A stretch of DNA of 20,000 nt from IMG/VR virus record IMGVR_UViG_3300032116_000135; one strand, written 5' to 3'. Positions 9,694-18,281 of this stretch are shown here, one piece after another. Position 1 is the first letter of the stretch, and each line of letters opens with the position of its first letter. Position numbers and translations under genes: made by a program. The stretch is from an uncultured virus (IMG/VR IMGVR_UViG_3300032116_000135) (lineage: Duplodnaviria > Heunggongvirae > Uroviricota > Caudoviricetes). The notes under the pieces are model-generated. The model was not told the DNA's origin and searched no databases. It saw only the letters and a program-made list of their open reading frames with translations.

Positions 9694-10602
9694 ATGGCGG
9701 TAGGTAGCTATGGTACGATTAGACCAGCAGACGTTTCACCTGAAGATGTAGAAATAATATTAAATTATACTCCTTCGAGAGATGATACAAATAACTTTGT
9801 ATTAACCAAATTGGATGCTCAATCAATATTGAGACCTTATTTTAATAACGATCAAACAGGGGGTAATGCAAATATAGAAATTTTAGGTGGACTTTATAAC
9901 TTAAAATTACCTGCCGAACAGTTTAACAGAATTGGTATATATACCCTTTATATTAGACCTGTACAAATTAGGACAACATTATTGGATTGTGGTGTTTTAT
10001 CAGCCTTACCAAATGTTAGAGGTGTAATTATCGACTTAAATGCGGTACCTGTACAATATAGAAATAAATTTGTTAATCAAGGTTTAGTTGGGTTTAGAAT
10101 TGAATACTTGAATAGTGATGGAAGTAAAATCCCTAACTTTTTTAGAATAATAACTTCTTCATTTTTCTGTGAACCAGTAATTCAAAATCTTACAAATACA
10201 TCACAAAAAGCTATTAGATACCGATATACTGATAGTAGTAGTAATTTAATATTCTGTACATTATCGCCATCATCGGCACCAACGAATAAACCGAATGCTA
10301 TCCCATTTATTGGACAACCAAATCAAAGTGTGATAATTAGTCATACATTCTTCAATCCTTTAAGTTTGGACATTGAAATTGCGGAACATGACTTCTCAAC
10401 ATTGGCGATTGCTCTATTTGGTAATCAGACTAAATCAATTGATGACGGTATCTACACCTTATACGATTCTGATAACAACATTTACAGACAATACAACTTA
10501 TATGAAATTAGAGATCAGTTTAATGAGTTGTTGTATGAGGTTAGACAGGATAGAGGGGATAATATTGATTTCAGTAAAAACTTCACAAATATAACTCAAT
10601 AA
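9694..10602 (+). CDS. Hypothetical phage protein (302 aa), probably structural/baseplate
   Basis: Clean ORF with globular composition. Its stop overlaps the next start (TAATG). No recognisable catalytic motif. Confidence 0.6.
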   Translation: MAVGSYGTIRPADVSPEDVEIILNYTPSRDDTNNFVLTKLDAQSILRPYFNNDQTGGNANIEILGGLYNLKLPAEQFNRIGIYTLYIRPVQIRTTLLDCGVLSALPNVRGVIIDLNAVPVQYRNKFVNQGLVGFRIEYLNSDGSKIPNFFRIITSSFFCEPVIQNLTNTSQKAIRYRYTDSSSNLIFCTLSPSSAPTNKPNAIPFIGQPNQSVIISHTFFNPLSLDIEIAEHDFSTLAIALFGNQTKSIDDGIYTLYDSDNNIYRQYNLYEIRDQFNELLYEVRQDRGDNIDFSKNFTNITQ

Positions 10603-13600
10603 TGGCTAATAAATTTACTTGTCCCCCACAGGCATCAGGTGCTGGTAGTTTCTCTAACAATTTAGTTGGACTACAACTTGTTGCGGGTGGTGGATTAACT
10701 CAAGGTAATTTTGAATTCACACAATCCGCTAGTGAAAAGGTAAATAGAACCTTTACCACAGGAACATTCTCAAACCCAATAAATTTAGAATCTTTGGGTT
10801 TAGATGGTGTTAATCAATCAAGATTAGTGGTTGAAAATAATTTTAAAGTTTATCCAAATTATGATTTAGCACAAATAAGTAACTTTGTTTTATATGGTTC
10901 AATGGTAAAACGAATGTCTGCTGCTGTAACAACCATCATTAGTTATTTTCCTGGTGCAATTGAATCAACGTTTTTGGGTTTAAATTATTTAACAGGTGAA
11001 ACTGCGTCTAATATAGCATATAATCAAGTTACAAATGTAACCTCATTTGATTTAGATTTAGGTAGAATTAGAAATCCATTCGGAATAGATTTTACTGTTA
11101 ACTCAACAAGAAACTTAGAATTAAGAGAAATTCAAGTCTCAACTTTGAGAAATATGTCAATTCAATATGCTAACTATTCATTATATCTTAATGGTAATGG
11201 TTATCAAGTAGTTGGAATTGTGCCCACAACATCATTGACTGATGGAACACTCAACTTAACTGTTCAGGGTAATCCATTTTCAGGACAATCAACAACATTT
11301 GATGACTTGGTTATTCGACCTAATGATACACAAGTTAACAAAGTTTTTAATGAAAATTTAGATGAAGTAGAGAATTTCCTATTAAATAGAAATATAACAC
11401 CAAAATATACTGCAACATTTCAGATACCAAGAGAATCTGAAGATGGAACATTCTATATTGAAAATTCTCAATTAACTTGGACATTATATGGGAAATGGAA
11501 TCTTGATATTATAACTGCAGCTTTCACTAATTATTTAACTCAATTAAATGATATAAGTGAACTGTATGATGAGTTTAGAACAAACTTAGTCTCAAGGTTT
11601 TTAACTACTGGAGCGTTTAAAGAATTCGATACTGATGGACAAAAAGTAGAGAAAATTTTACAAATTTATGGTAGAAGTTTTGATGAAATAAATAAATACA
11701 TCACCTCATTGTCATTTATGACTTCAGTAAACTATACTGTAGGTAATGATATTCCAAGTCAACTTCTTAAGAATTTAGCTCAAACATTGGGTTGGAAGAC
11801 AAACATCTCACCAATAACCAATGATGAATTTCTTGCTTCAGTATTCGGACAATCAAATCAACAAAAATCGAATTTTACTGGTTTAGCGGTTTCACAAACC
11901 CCTGATGAATTAAATTATCAATTCTATAGAAACATAATTTTAAATTCAGCGTACCTTTTCAAGTCAAAGGGAACTAGAAAATCAATTGAAATCCTTTTGA
12001 AACTTATAGGGGCACCAGATGCTTTGGTTGAATTTAATGAATTTATTTATTTGGCTGATCAAAAAATCAACATGAATAAATTCAATACTGAATTTGCAAG
12101 TATTTCAGGAGGAACATATGTGCAACAACTTCCTGTTTTAGAACCCGGAAATACGTTTTCTATTTTTGGGGTTGAATATACTGGATTTACAACTGAGGCA
12201 ATAATCCAAGATGTAAACATATCAATAAATGAATTCCCAATTGATAATTTGGGTTATCCCGCTTCTCCAATAGATTCTGAGGATTTTTATTTCCAAATTG
12301 GTAGTGGTTGGTTTGAACAAACTCCACAACATAGATCACCAGAACAAGTTGATTTAACTTTAAGTGTGTTTACAGGAAACAATCCAAATTTCCAAACATC
12401 ATTATTACCTTTTTCATATGGACAGGAATATCTTAATAGATTTAGGAGATTCCCATTCATGAATTTGGGATATAAATTATCGCCATCTGTTGATAACAAT
12501 AAGAGTTGGTATGACGATGAAATAAATCTAAGATTAAATTTGGATGGTAACATCAATGCTAGATATTTTGTTGCTGATGATAAATTAGTTTTAAATGTTA
12601 AAAACACTGAAATATTCCTTAATCCTGCTCAAGGATTGGCTTATGATGTATGGTATTTGTCTAGAGAATTGAATTACCCCATTCCAAATCAAGGAATGAA
12701 TTTTGGTGGGACTAATCCATGTGACCCATGTCCAATACCAAGATATCCATATAGAGGTGGTGTTGATTGGACGGAAATCAATCCAAAACCAAGAAGCAAA
12801 TCTTTCTTTGAATTTGCTCAAACATTTTGGAGAAACATGATTAATGTTAGAAACCGTCAATACTCATTTAATGGTAAAACAGGTGGTTACCCAACATTAG
12901 AGTCAATATATTGGAGATATTTGGAATCTGAAAATGTTGATGTGACAAACAATAATTTCACATATCAAACAATGTTGGAGTATGTTAATGGATTGGGTGA
13001 TTATTGGGTTAGATTAATTGAGCAAATGGTTCCTGCAACAACTATCTTCAATACGGGAGTTAAATTAGAAAATTCAATATTCCATAGACAAAAGTTTGTG
13101 TGGAAAAGACAAAGAGGATGTCAAATTATTACGGTAGAAGAAACAAATCCTTGTGAATGTATAGAATTATCAATAAAAAGTATATTTACAAGTCAAACCA
13201 ACGTAATAAAATTAACACCAAATGGTTATTATAATGGAAAACAAACTTTTGTATACGCAGATGGGGGTAATACTGTTATAATTTCTTATAATTCATTATT
13301 ATCAAGGTGGGAATTCTTTATAAATTTAAATTTATTAGCTTATTTAGACTCAACAGATGATTGTCCTATAGGTAAAGATTGGAAGAGTGATATTTTATCC
13401 ATATCAACTGTAGGTGTTGATTGTGGACCGACAAAACAAAGACCTCCATTATGTAGACCTTGTGAATTAAATGAGAATATCTATCGATTGGATTGTCCTG
13501 TGGATTCGGTTGAATGTCCAATATATCCGTGGGATGTTAATCCGACAATAACAAGTTTTGGTTCGGTGTTAAGTAATGTATTGAATTCGTATTTAACAAC

Positions 13601-13925
13601 GAATGGACAATCTTTAAGTAATTGTGATTTAAATAGTATGACAACAACATGGTATGTTGATTTACGATTAAACAATACTACTGTTGTTTCATACCCATTC
13701 TTTAATGGTATTGCTTACAATATACCAACATTTAGTACACCGAGTGTTTCTGATTGGGATAATGCGGTAGTCGCCGCGTTAGAGTTACTTAAAAATTATG
13801 GATATAATTATTACTTAACAGAGAGTGATACGGTAGTGGTTTATAGTGAATCATGTGCAATTTCTGAGACAATAGTAAACTTTAAAATAAACGTAGGAAT
13901 AAATTTTCAAATATATTGTAGTTAA
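10602..13925 (+). CDS. Baseplate wedge protein with a P2 gpI/T4 gp7-like domain and C-terminal extensions (1107 aa)
   Basis: [11 protein letters not shown]...[15 protein letters not shown]...[30 protein letters not shown] (about 11670-12015) follows the Tail_P2_I-type pattern (L..LA..(L/F)G...R..I......KGT...I..LL...G). Located downstream of a wedge-like gene. Confidence 0.65.
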   Translation: MANKFTCPPQASGAGSFSNNLVGLQLVAGGGLTQGNFEFTQSASEKVNRTFTTGTFSNPINLESLGLDGVNQSRLVVENNFKVYPNYDLAQISNFVLYGSMVKRMSAAVTTIISYFPGAIESTFLGLNYLTGETASNIAYNQVTNVTSFDLDLGRIRNPFGIDFTVNSTRNLELREIQVSTLRNMSIQYANYSLYLNGNGYQVVGIVPTTSLTDGTLNLTVQGNPFSGQSTTFDDLVIRPNDTQVNKVFNENLDEVENFLLNRNITPKYTATFQIPRESEDGTFYIENSQLTWTLYGKWNLDIITAAFTNYLTQLNDISELYDEFRTNLVSRFLTTGAFKEFDTDGQKVEKILQIYGRSFDEINKYITSLSFMTSVNYTVGNDIPSQLLKNLAQTLGWKTNISPITNDEFLASVFGQSNQQKSNFTGLAVSQTPDELNYQFYRNIILNSAYLFKSKGTRKSIEILLKLIGAPDALVEFNEFIYLADQKINMNKFNTEFASISGGTYVQQLPVLEPGNTFSIFGVEYTGFTTEAIIQDVNISINEFPIDNLGYPASPIDSEDFYFQIGSGWFEQTPQHRSPEQVDLTLSVFTGNNPNFQTSLLPFSYGQEYLNRFRRFPFMNLGYKLSPSVDNNKSWYDDEINLRLNLDGNINARYFVADDKLVLNVKNTEIFLNPAQGLAYDVWYLSRELNYPIPNQGMNFGGTNPCDPCPIPRYPYRGGVDWTEINPKPRSKSFFEFAQTFWRNMINVRNRQYSFNGKTGGYPTLESIYWRYLESENVDVTNNNFTYQTMLEYVNGLGDYWVRLIEQMVPATTIFNTGVKLENSIFHRQKFVWKRQRGCQIITVEETNPCECIELSIKSIFTSQTNVIKLTPNGYYNGKQTFVYADGGNTVIISYNSLLSRWEFFINLNLLAYLDSTDDCPIGKDWKSDILSISTVGVDCGPTKQRPPLCRPCELNENIYRLDCPVDSVECPIYPWDVNPTITSFGSVLSNVLNSYLTTNGQSLSNCDLNSMTTTWYVDLRLNNTTVVSYPFFNGIAYNIPTFSTPSVSDWDNAVVAALELLKNYGYNYYLTESDTVVVYSESCAISETIVNFKINVGINFQIYCS

Positions 13926-15640
13926 TGGCTTGTGATTTAAATGTTATAATAAATGGTATAACTGGAGACTGTTCAAACAGTAGTTTAGGTGCATTTGACA
14001 TTAGTATTGTTGGAGACGCCCCTGATTATTCAATCCAATGGATTGAACCCCCATTAGGTACAATTGCGTTAGGACCTGGGGTTACAGGTTATAGTATAAA
14101 TTCATTATCCGCTGGAACATATACATTAAATGTTTTAGATAGTTGTCCGTTAGAAAATACGGTTTATTTATTTAATATTAATATATCATCAGGAACTTGT
14201 GTTTCGATTGAATCAAGTGGAACTACTTGTGGATTAAATAATGGATTAATTACGGCATCTACCACAAATCTTTATGCTCAAGCAAGCTATATTTTATACG
14301 AGACTACAAATGGTTATGTTACATCAGGAACAACACCTATCACTAATTTTGTTTTTGGATCATTATCGGCAGGAACATATTATGTAATTGCTGATGACGG
14401 GGGAGGATGCACAGGTAAAAGCCAAAGTTGTATCATCAAACCTTCAAATCCTTTTACTTTTGGTTTATATCAAGTTAATAATTCACCTTGTTTCATAAAT
14501 ACAGGTGCATTATATATCACAGGTTTAACAGGTAATCCGCCTTATACTTATTCATGGTCTAATGGTGGAATAGGACAATCAATAACAGGATTAAGTAATG
14601 GTAATTATTCTGTTGTAGTTACGGATGGGTTAGGATGTAACGCTGTAGCAACTGCAACAATAGAATCCGTACCATCAATAGGAACTTTAATTCTGATAGA
14701 TAGTGAACCGACATGTTATAGCTCAGATGGAGTTGCAACAGTGTATATTACAGGAGGAACAGGTCCGTATCATATTGAAGGTTCTAATGGTGATGTAATT
14801 ATCACCTTTGACACTTCTTATACATTTACAGGATTATCATCAGGATTCTTTTCCGTTACTGTTACAGATGCTGGTTTATGTCAATCAACTATAACAACAA
14901 CATTACAAACACCAAGTGGACTATCACTAGTGAGCGTTGATGTAACAAACTCTACTTGTAACAATAATGGAGGAGGTATACTAGTTTCCATATTCGGTGG
15001 AACTTCACCATATCTATACACCCTAACAGATTCATTATCCAATTCAACAACATTCATACAGCCTGTTCAAAATGGTGGAGCAAATTTCTTAGGGTTAAGT
15101 TCAGGGACTTACTTATTAACCATTGATGATAACTTGGGTATATGCCCTTATTCACAATATGTGACAGTTAATAATACCGTATTATATACATTGAGTGTTA
15201 GTACCACAGGTACAACATGTGGGAATGATAATGGTTCGGTAACTTTATCTATCACAACTGGTGGTACAGGTCCTTACAATTATCAAATCAATGGACAAAC
15301 AGTAATCTCAAATACATTATCATATACATTTACAAATTTACCATCAGGAAGTTATACTGCTTCAGTTACTGATATTAACCTATGTCAACAAATATCACCA
15401 TTCACAATTAATAGTTCTCAAGCGGTTAATTTCATTTTGAATGGAACAAGTCCTGTTGGTAATAATGGGATAATAGAAACATTCATAACAAGTGGTGAAC
15501 CTCCATTTACATTAAATTGGAGTCCAAATGTCGGAGCTCAATCTGGATTAACTGTGACAAACTTATCAGCAGGAACATACTCACTAACTGTTGTTGATAT
15601 TTCAGGGTGTTCACAAACTAGATCGATTGATTTATTAGGT
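13925..15640 (+). repeat. Seven divergent SprB-like protein repeats (~75-88 aa each)
   Basis: Recurring cores [111 protein letters not shown]. Similarity is at protein level only. Confidence 0.8.
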
Positions 15641-17644
15641 TATAATTTATATTCATCTTATGAAGTTTATAACATTTGTTCTGATGATTTAACAAATAGT
15701 GAACAGATTATTAAGAAAGGTTTAAAACAAATGTTACTTGAGGGATTCTTTGATTTAACATCTGGTGATACAAATTGTATTTTAAATTCATCAATATTCG
15801 AGGCTGTCGTATCGGTTGACGGTATTGTCCAAACTGGAATATTTTATAGTGGAACAGGAGTAAATGATTTCCCAACTGATTCTGTTTTCTTTGATACTGT
15901 TGAAAACTTATTATTAAATTATCCGAATATTGAAACGGTTATTATTGATCCTGTGACTGGGAATTTAAAAATAAGTACACTATGTAATCCACCAATAACA
16001 ATCATGGATGCTACGGTAATCATTGATGTTAAAGTTTATTATAATATAAGTTGTGAAGTATGTGCTCCTCCTGTTAATACGGAAACGATTATTCGTATTA
16101 ATACAACATTGATTTCAAGTGGATCAACTCCAACGGATAAGTTCCAATTGGCGACAACGTTGGCGGGGACTTATAATTTTGATGTTGATTGGGGTGACGG
16201 TGTGGTTGAAACAATCACAACTTGGAATGATCCTAAGACTGAACATACGTATGCAACTGGTGGGGTAAAAGAAATAAGAATAAGTGGACAATTCAGTGGA
16301 TGGACATTTAATAACGCTGGGGATAGAAATAAACTTATTGAAATTAAACAATGGGGTATATTAGAATTGGGTGATACTCCAGGTCATTTCTATGGTTGTA
16401 ATAATTTGGTATTAACTGGTGTTACAGACTTTATTAATTTGTCAACGACATCAACGTTGGAGAACACCTTCAGAGATTGTACTTCTTTGACAACAATCAA
16501 TAATGTTGAGTATTGGGACACATCAAATATTACAAGTTTTGTAAACACATTCAATGGAACTGTCTTTAATCAGGATATTACATCTTGGGAAGTTTCAGGT
16601 GTAACAGATATGTCATTTATGTTCTTTAATAACACATCATTCAATCAAGATATTGGTTCATGGAATGTATCAAATGTTGTTGATATGAGTGGTATGTTTT
16701 ACAATGCAACATCATTCAACCAAGATATTGGTGGATGGGATGTATCAAATGTTACTAATATGAACGTCATGTTTTTTAACGCAACATCATTCAATCAAGA
16801 TATTGGTTTATGGGATGTATCTAGTGTTACTAATATGGCTGGTATGTTCGAAGATGCAACATCATTCAATCAAGATATTGGTTCATGGAATGTATTAAAT
16901 GTTACTAATATGTCAGTTATGTTCCAATTTGCAACATCATTCAATCAAGATATTGGTTTATGGGATGTATCTAGTGTTACTAATATGGCTGGTATGTTCG
17001 AAGATGCAACATCATTCAATCAAGATATTGGTTTATGGGATGTATCAAATGTTACTAATATGGCTGGTATGTTTTCCAATGCAACATCATTCAATCAAGA
17101 TATTGGTTCATGGAATGTATTAAATGTTACTAATATGGATAGTATGTTTTCCAATGCAACATCATTCAATCAAGATATTGGTTTATGGGATGTATCGAAT
17201 GTTACTAATATGTCATTTATGTTCTTTAATAACGCATCATTCAATCAAGATATTGGTTTATGGGATGTGTCAAATGTTACTGATATGAGTGGAATGTTCC
17301 TAAACACAACATCATTCAATCAAGATATTGGTTCATGGAACGTATCAAATGTTACTGATATGACTGGAATGTTCCAAGATGCAACATCATTCAATCAAGA
17401 TATTGGTTTATGGGATGTATCAAATGTTACTAGTATGGTTAGTATGCTTAGGGACTGTGGAATGAATCAAACAAATTATGAAAATCTACTCATAGGTTGG
17501 GACTCATTACCATCGTTACAAATTGCAGTTAATTTAGGTGCGTTAGGAAGACAATATCAAATAGGAAGTGCTTCAGATATCGCCAGATCTAATATTATCG
17601 CTTCTTACTCTTGGACAATAACAGGAGATATAGCGGTACCATAA
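13925..17644 (+). CDS. Adhesin-like virion fibre/decoration protein (1239 aa): 7 SprB-like repeats, a Cys-bounded domain, a PKD-like domain and a DUF285/BspA-type LRR array
   Basis: SprB-type motifs C...G...GG..PY.Y.W....GLS.G.Y.V.V.D..GC repeat seven times. VDWGDG...EHTY is PKD-like. Twelve FNQDIGxWxVSNVTNMxxMFxxATS repeats are followed by the cap NYENLLIGW...LI..(W)TI-type segment. No signal peptide or T9SS C-terminal domain is evident. TAATG coupling to the wedge gene. Confidence 0.8.
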   Translation: MACDLNVIINGITGDCSNSSLGAFDISIVGDAPDYSIQWIEPPLGTIALGPGVTGYSINSLSAGTYTLNVLDSCPLENTVYLFNINISSGTCVSIESSGTTCGLNNGLITASTTNLYAQASYILYETTNGYVTSGTTPITNFVFGSLSAGTYYVIADDGGGCTGKSQSCIIKPSNPFTFGLYQVNNSPCFINTGALYITGLTGNPPYTYSWSNGGIGQSITGLSNGNYSVVVTDGLGCNAVATATIESVPSIGTLILIDSEPTCYSSDGVATVYITGGTGPYHIEGSNGDVIITFDTSYTFTGLSSGFFSVTVTDAGLCQSTITTTLQTPSGLSLVSVDVTNSTCNNNGGGILVSIFGGTSPYLYTLTDSLSNSTTFIQPVQNGGANFLGLSSGTYLLTIDDNLGICPYSQYVTVNNTVLYTLSVSTTGTTCGNDNGSVTLSITTGGTGPYNYQINGQTVISNTLSYTFTNLPSGSYTASVTDINLCQQISPFTINSSQAVNFILNGTSPVGNNGIIETFITSGEPPFTLNWSPNVGAQSGLTVTNLSAGTYSLTVVDISGCSQTRSIDLLGYNLYSSYEVYNICSDDLTNSEQIIKKGLKQMLLEGFFDLTSGDTNCILNSSIFEAVVSVDGIVQTGIFYSGTGVNDFPTDSVFFDTVENLLLNYPNIETVIIDPVTGNLKISTLCNPPITIMDATVIIDVKVYYNISCEVCAPPVNTETIIRINTTLISSGSTPTDKFQLATTLAGTYNFDVDWGDGVVETITTWNDPKTEHTYATGGVKEIRISGQFSGWTFNNAGDRNKLIEIKQWGILELGDTPGHFYGCNNLVLTGVTDFINLSTTSTLENTFRDCTSLTTINNVEYWDTSNITSFVNTFNGTVFNQDITSWEVSGVTDMSFMFFNNTSFNQDIGSWNVSNVVDMSGMFYNATSFNQDIGGWDVSNVTNMNVMFFNATSFNQDIGLWDVSSVTNMAGMFEDATSFNQDIGSWNVLNVTNMSVMFQFATSFNQDIGLWDVSSVTNMAGMFEDATSFNQDIGLWDVSNVTNMAGMFSNATSFNQDIGSWNVLNVTNMDSMFSNATSFNQDIGLWDVSNVTNMSFMFFNNASFNQDIGLWDVSNVTDMSGMFLNTTSFNQDIGSWNVSNVTDMTGMFQDATSFNQDIGLWDVSNVTSMVSMLRDCGMNQTNYENLLIGWDSLPSLQIAVNLGALGRQYQIGSASDIARSNIIASYSWTITGDIAVP
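16565..17464 (+). repeat. Coding tandem repeat, 12 x 75 bp (DUF285/BspA-type 25-aa LRR-like units)
   Basis: Units start at 16565, 16640, 16715 and so on to 17390, with an exact 75-nt period. The core CATCATTCAATCAAGATATTGGT is near-invariant. 16781-16883 is identical to 16931-17033 (103 nt). Confidence 0.95.
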
Positions 17645-17645
17645 T

Positions 17646-17679
17646 AAAAAACCCCACCTAAAAAGTGGGGTTTTATTTT
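17646..17679. terminator. Bidirectional intrinsic terminator between convergent operons
   Basis: AAAACCCCAC (17648-17657), loop CTAAAAA, GTGGGGTTTT (17665-17674). A-tract on the left and T-rich tract on the right. It fills the 33-nt gap between two converging stop codons. Confidence 0.9.
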
Positions 17680-18277
17680 ACCATATTTTTTCTTGTTTCA
17701 TATATCCTAACACACAACAATAAGCGTCACTCATATCAAAATTCTCTTTCTTGAGTGTATTGTTCTTGGTATATACCCAATTAATTTGGGGTTCTTTCTT
17801 TGCAACCTGTTCCCATATAATTTGTTTCTTATCACAATCTTTTGGGAATCCACCAAATAATACATGTTTACCTTTATCATTTTCTCTAACCAACCAAGGA
17901 AATGCGTTCTTTCTTGAATTGTAAGTTGAAATGTATTCAGGAACAACACCTAATGTATCATAAATTTCTTTTGATATAAGAGTATTAAATCTAAGAAGAG
18001 TTTGAACGGTATAAACATTATTACTGTTCAATAGAGGTTCTTCAATTACTACTGTAGTTATATTCAAATTTGAATAATCCTTTAACTTATGTTTAAAGAT
18101 TTCACTTTTCAATATTAACTCCTTTATTTTATTTTCTTCCTTTGGTTTCGGTCTTGGAGAAATATGAGTTAGTTCTAATAATTCTTTGGTTTCCAAATCA
18201 AAAAGTGCCCAGCCTATTGTACTTGTTGATACATCTAGACCGAGCACCTTTGGGGTTTCTTTAATATCTTTATTCAT
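17678..18277 (-). CDS. ruvC: RuvC-like Holliday junction resolvase (RNase H fold), phage type (199 aa)
   Basis: KVLGLDVSTSTIGWALFD (first catalytic Asp), VVIEEP (Glu) and FDMSDAYCCV (DxxD) have the spacing and size of RuvC-family resolvases. Confidence 0.8.
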   Translation of the reverse strand: MNKDIKETPKVLGLDVSTSTIGWALFDLETKELLELTHISPRPKPKEENKIKELILKSEIFKHKLKDYSNLNITTVVIEEPLLNSNNVYTVQTLLRFNTLISKEIYDTLGVVPEYISTYNSRKNAFPWLVRENDKGKHVLFGGFPKDCDKKQIIWEQVAKKEPQINWVYTKNNTLKKENFDMSDAYCCVLGYMKQEKIW

Positions 18278-18281
18278 AAAA

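Noticed and set aside
13622..13942. 13-nt direct repeat TTGTGATTTAAAT (13622-13634 and 13930-13942), both encoding CDLN
   Set aside because: Short and AT-rich, so compatible with chance. No other sign of a recombination site.
16899..17123. 74-aa alternate-frame ORF with internal repeats
   Set aside because: It is a shadow of the 75-bp coding repeat, with no independent start signal.
16565..17464. CRISPR-like appearance (conserved ~25-30 nt core with ~45 nt intervening sequence)
   Set aside because: The intervening segments resemble each other, the period is exactly 25 codons in an open frame encoding DUF285 repeats, and no cas genes are present.
16565..17464. Diversity-generating retroelement TR/VR pair
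   Set aside because: Differences between units are not confined to adenines (e.g. TTA/TCA), the repeats are tandem and coding, and no reverse transcriptase is in the window.
426..17949. Short nested or antisense ORFs in the track (426-611, 1787-2026, 2894-3079, 5093-5293, 6050-6247, 6315-6524, 8393-8602, 10373-10594, 12287-12607, 12591-12860, 13481-13675, 16124-16351, 17731-17949)
   Set aside because: All overlap long, coherent genes and lack recognisable motifs. They are expected by chance.
17678..18277. RuvC domain as TnpB/Cas12-like effector or transposase
   Set aside because: Only 199 aa with contiguous resolvase-type motifs. No Zn finger, REC/WED region, adjacent ncRNA space or element ends.
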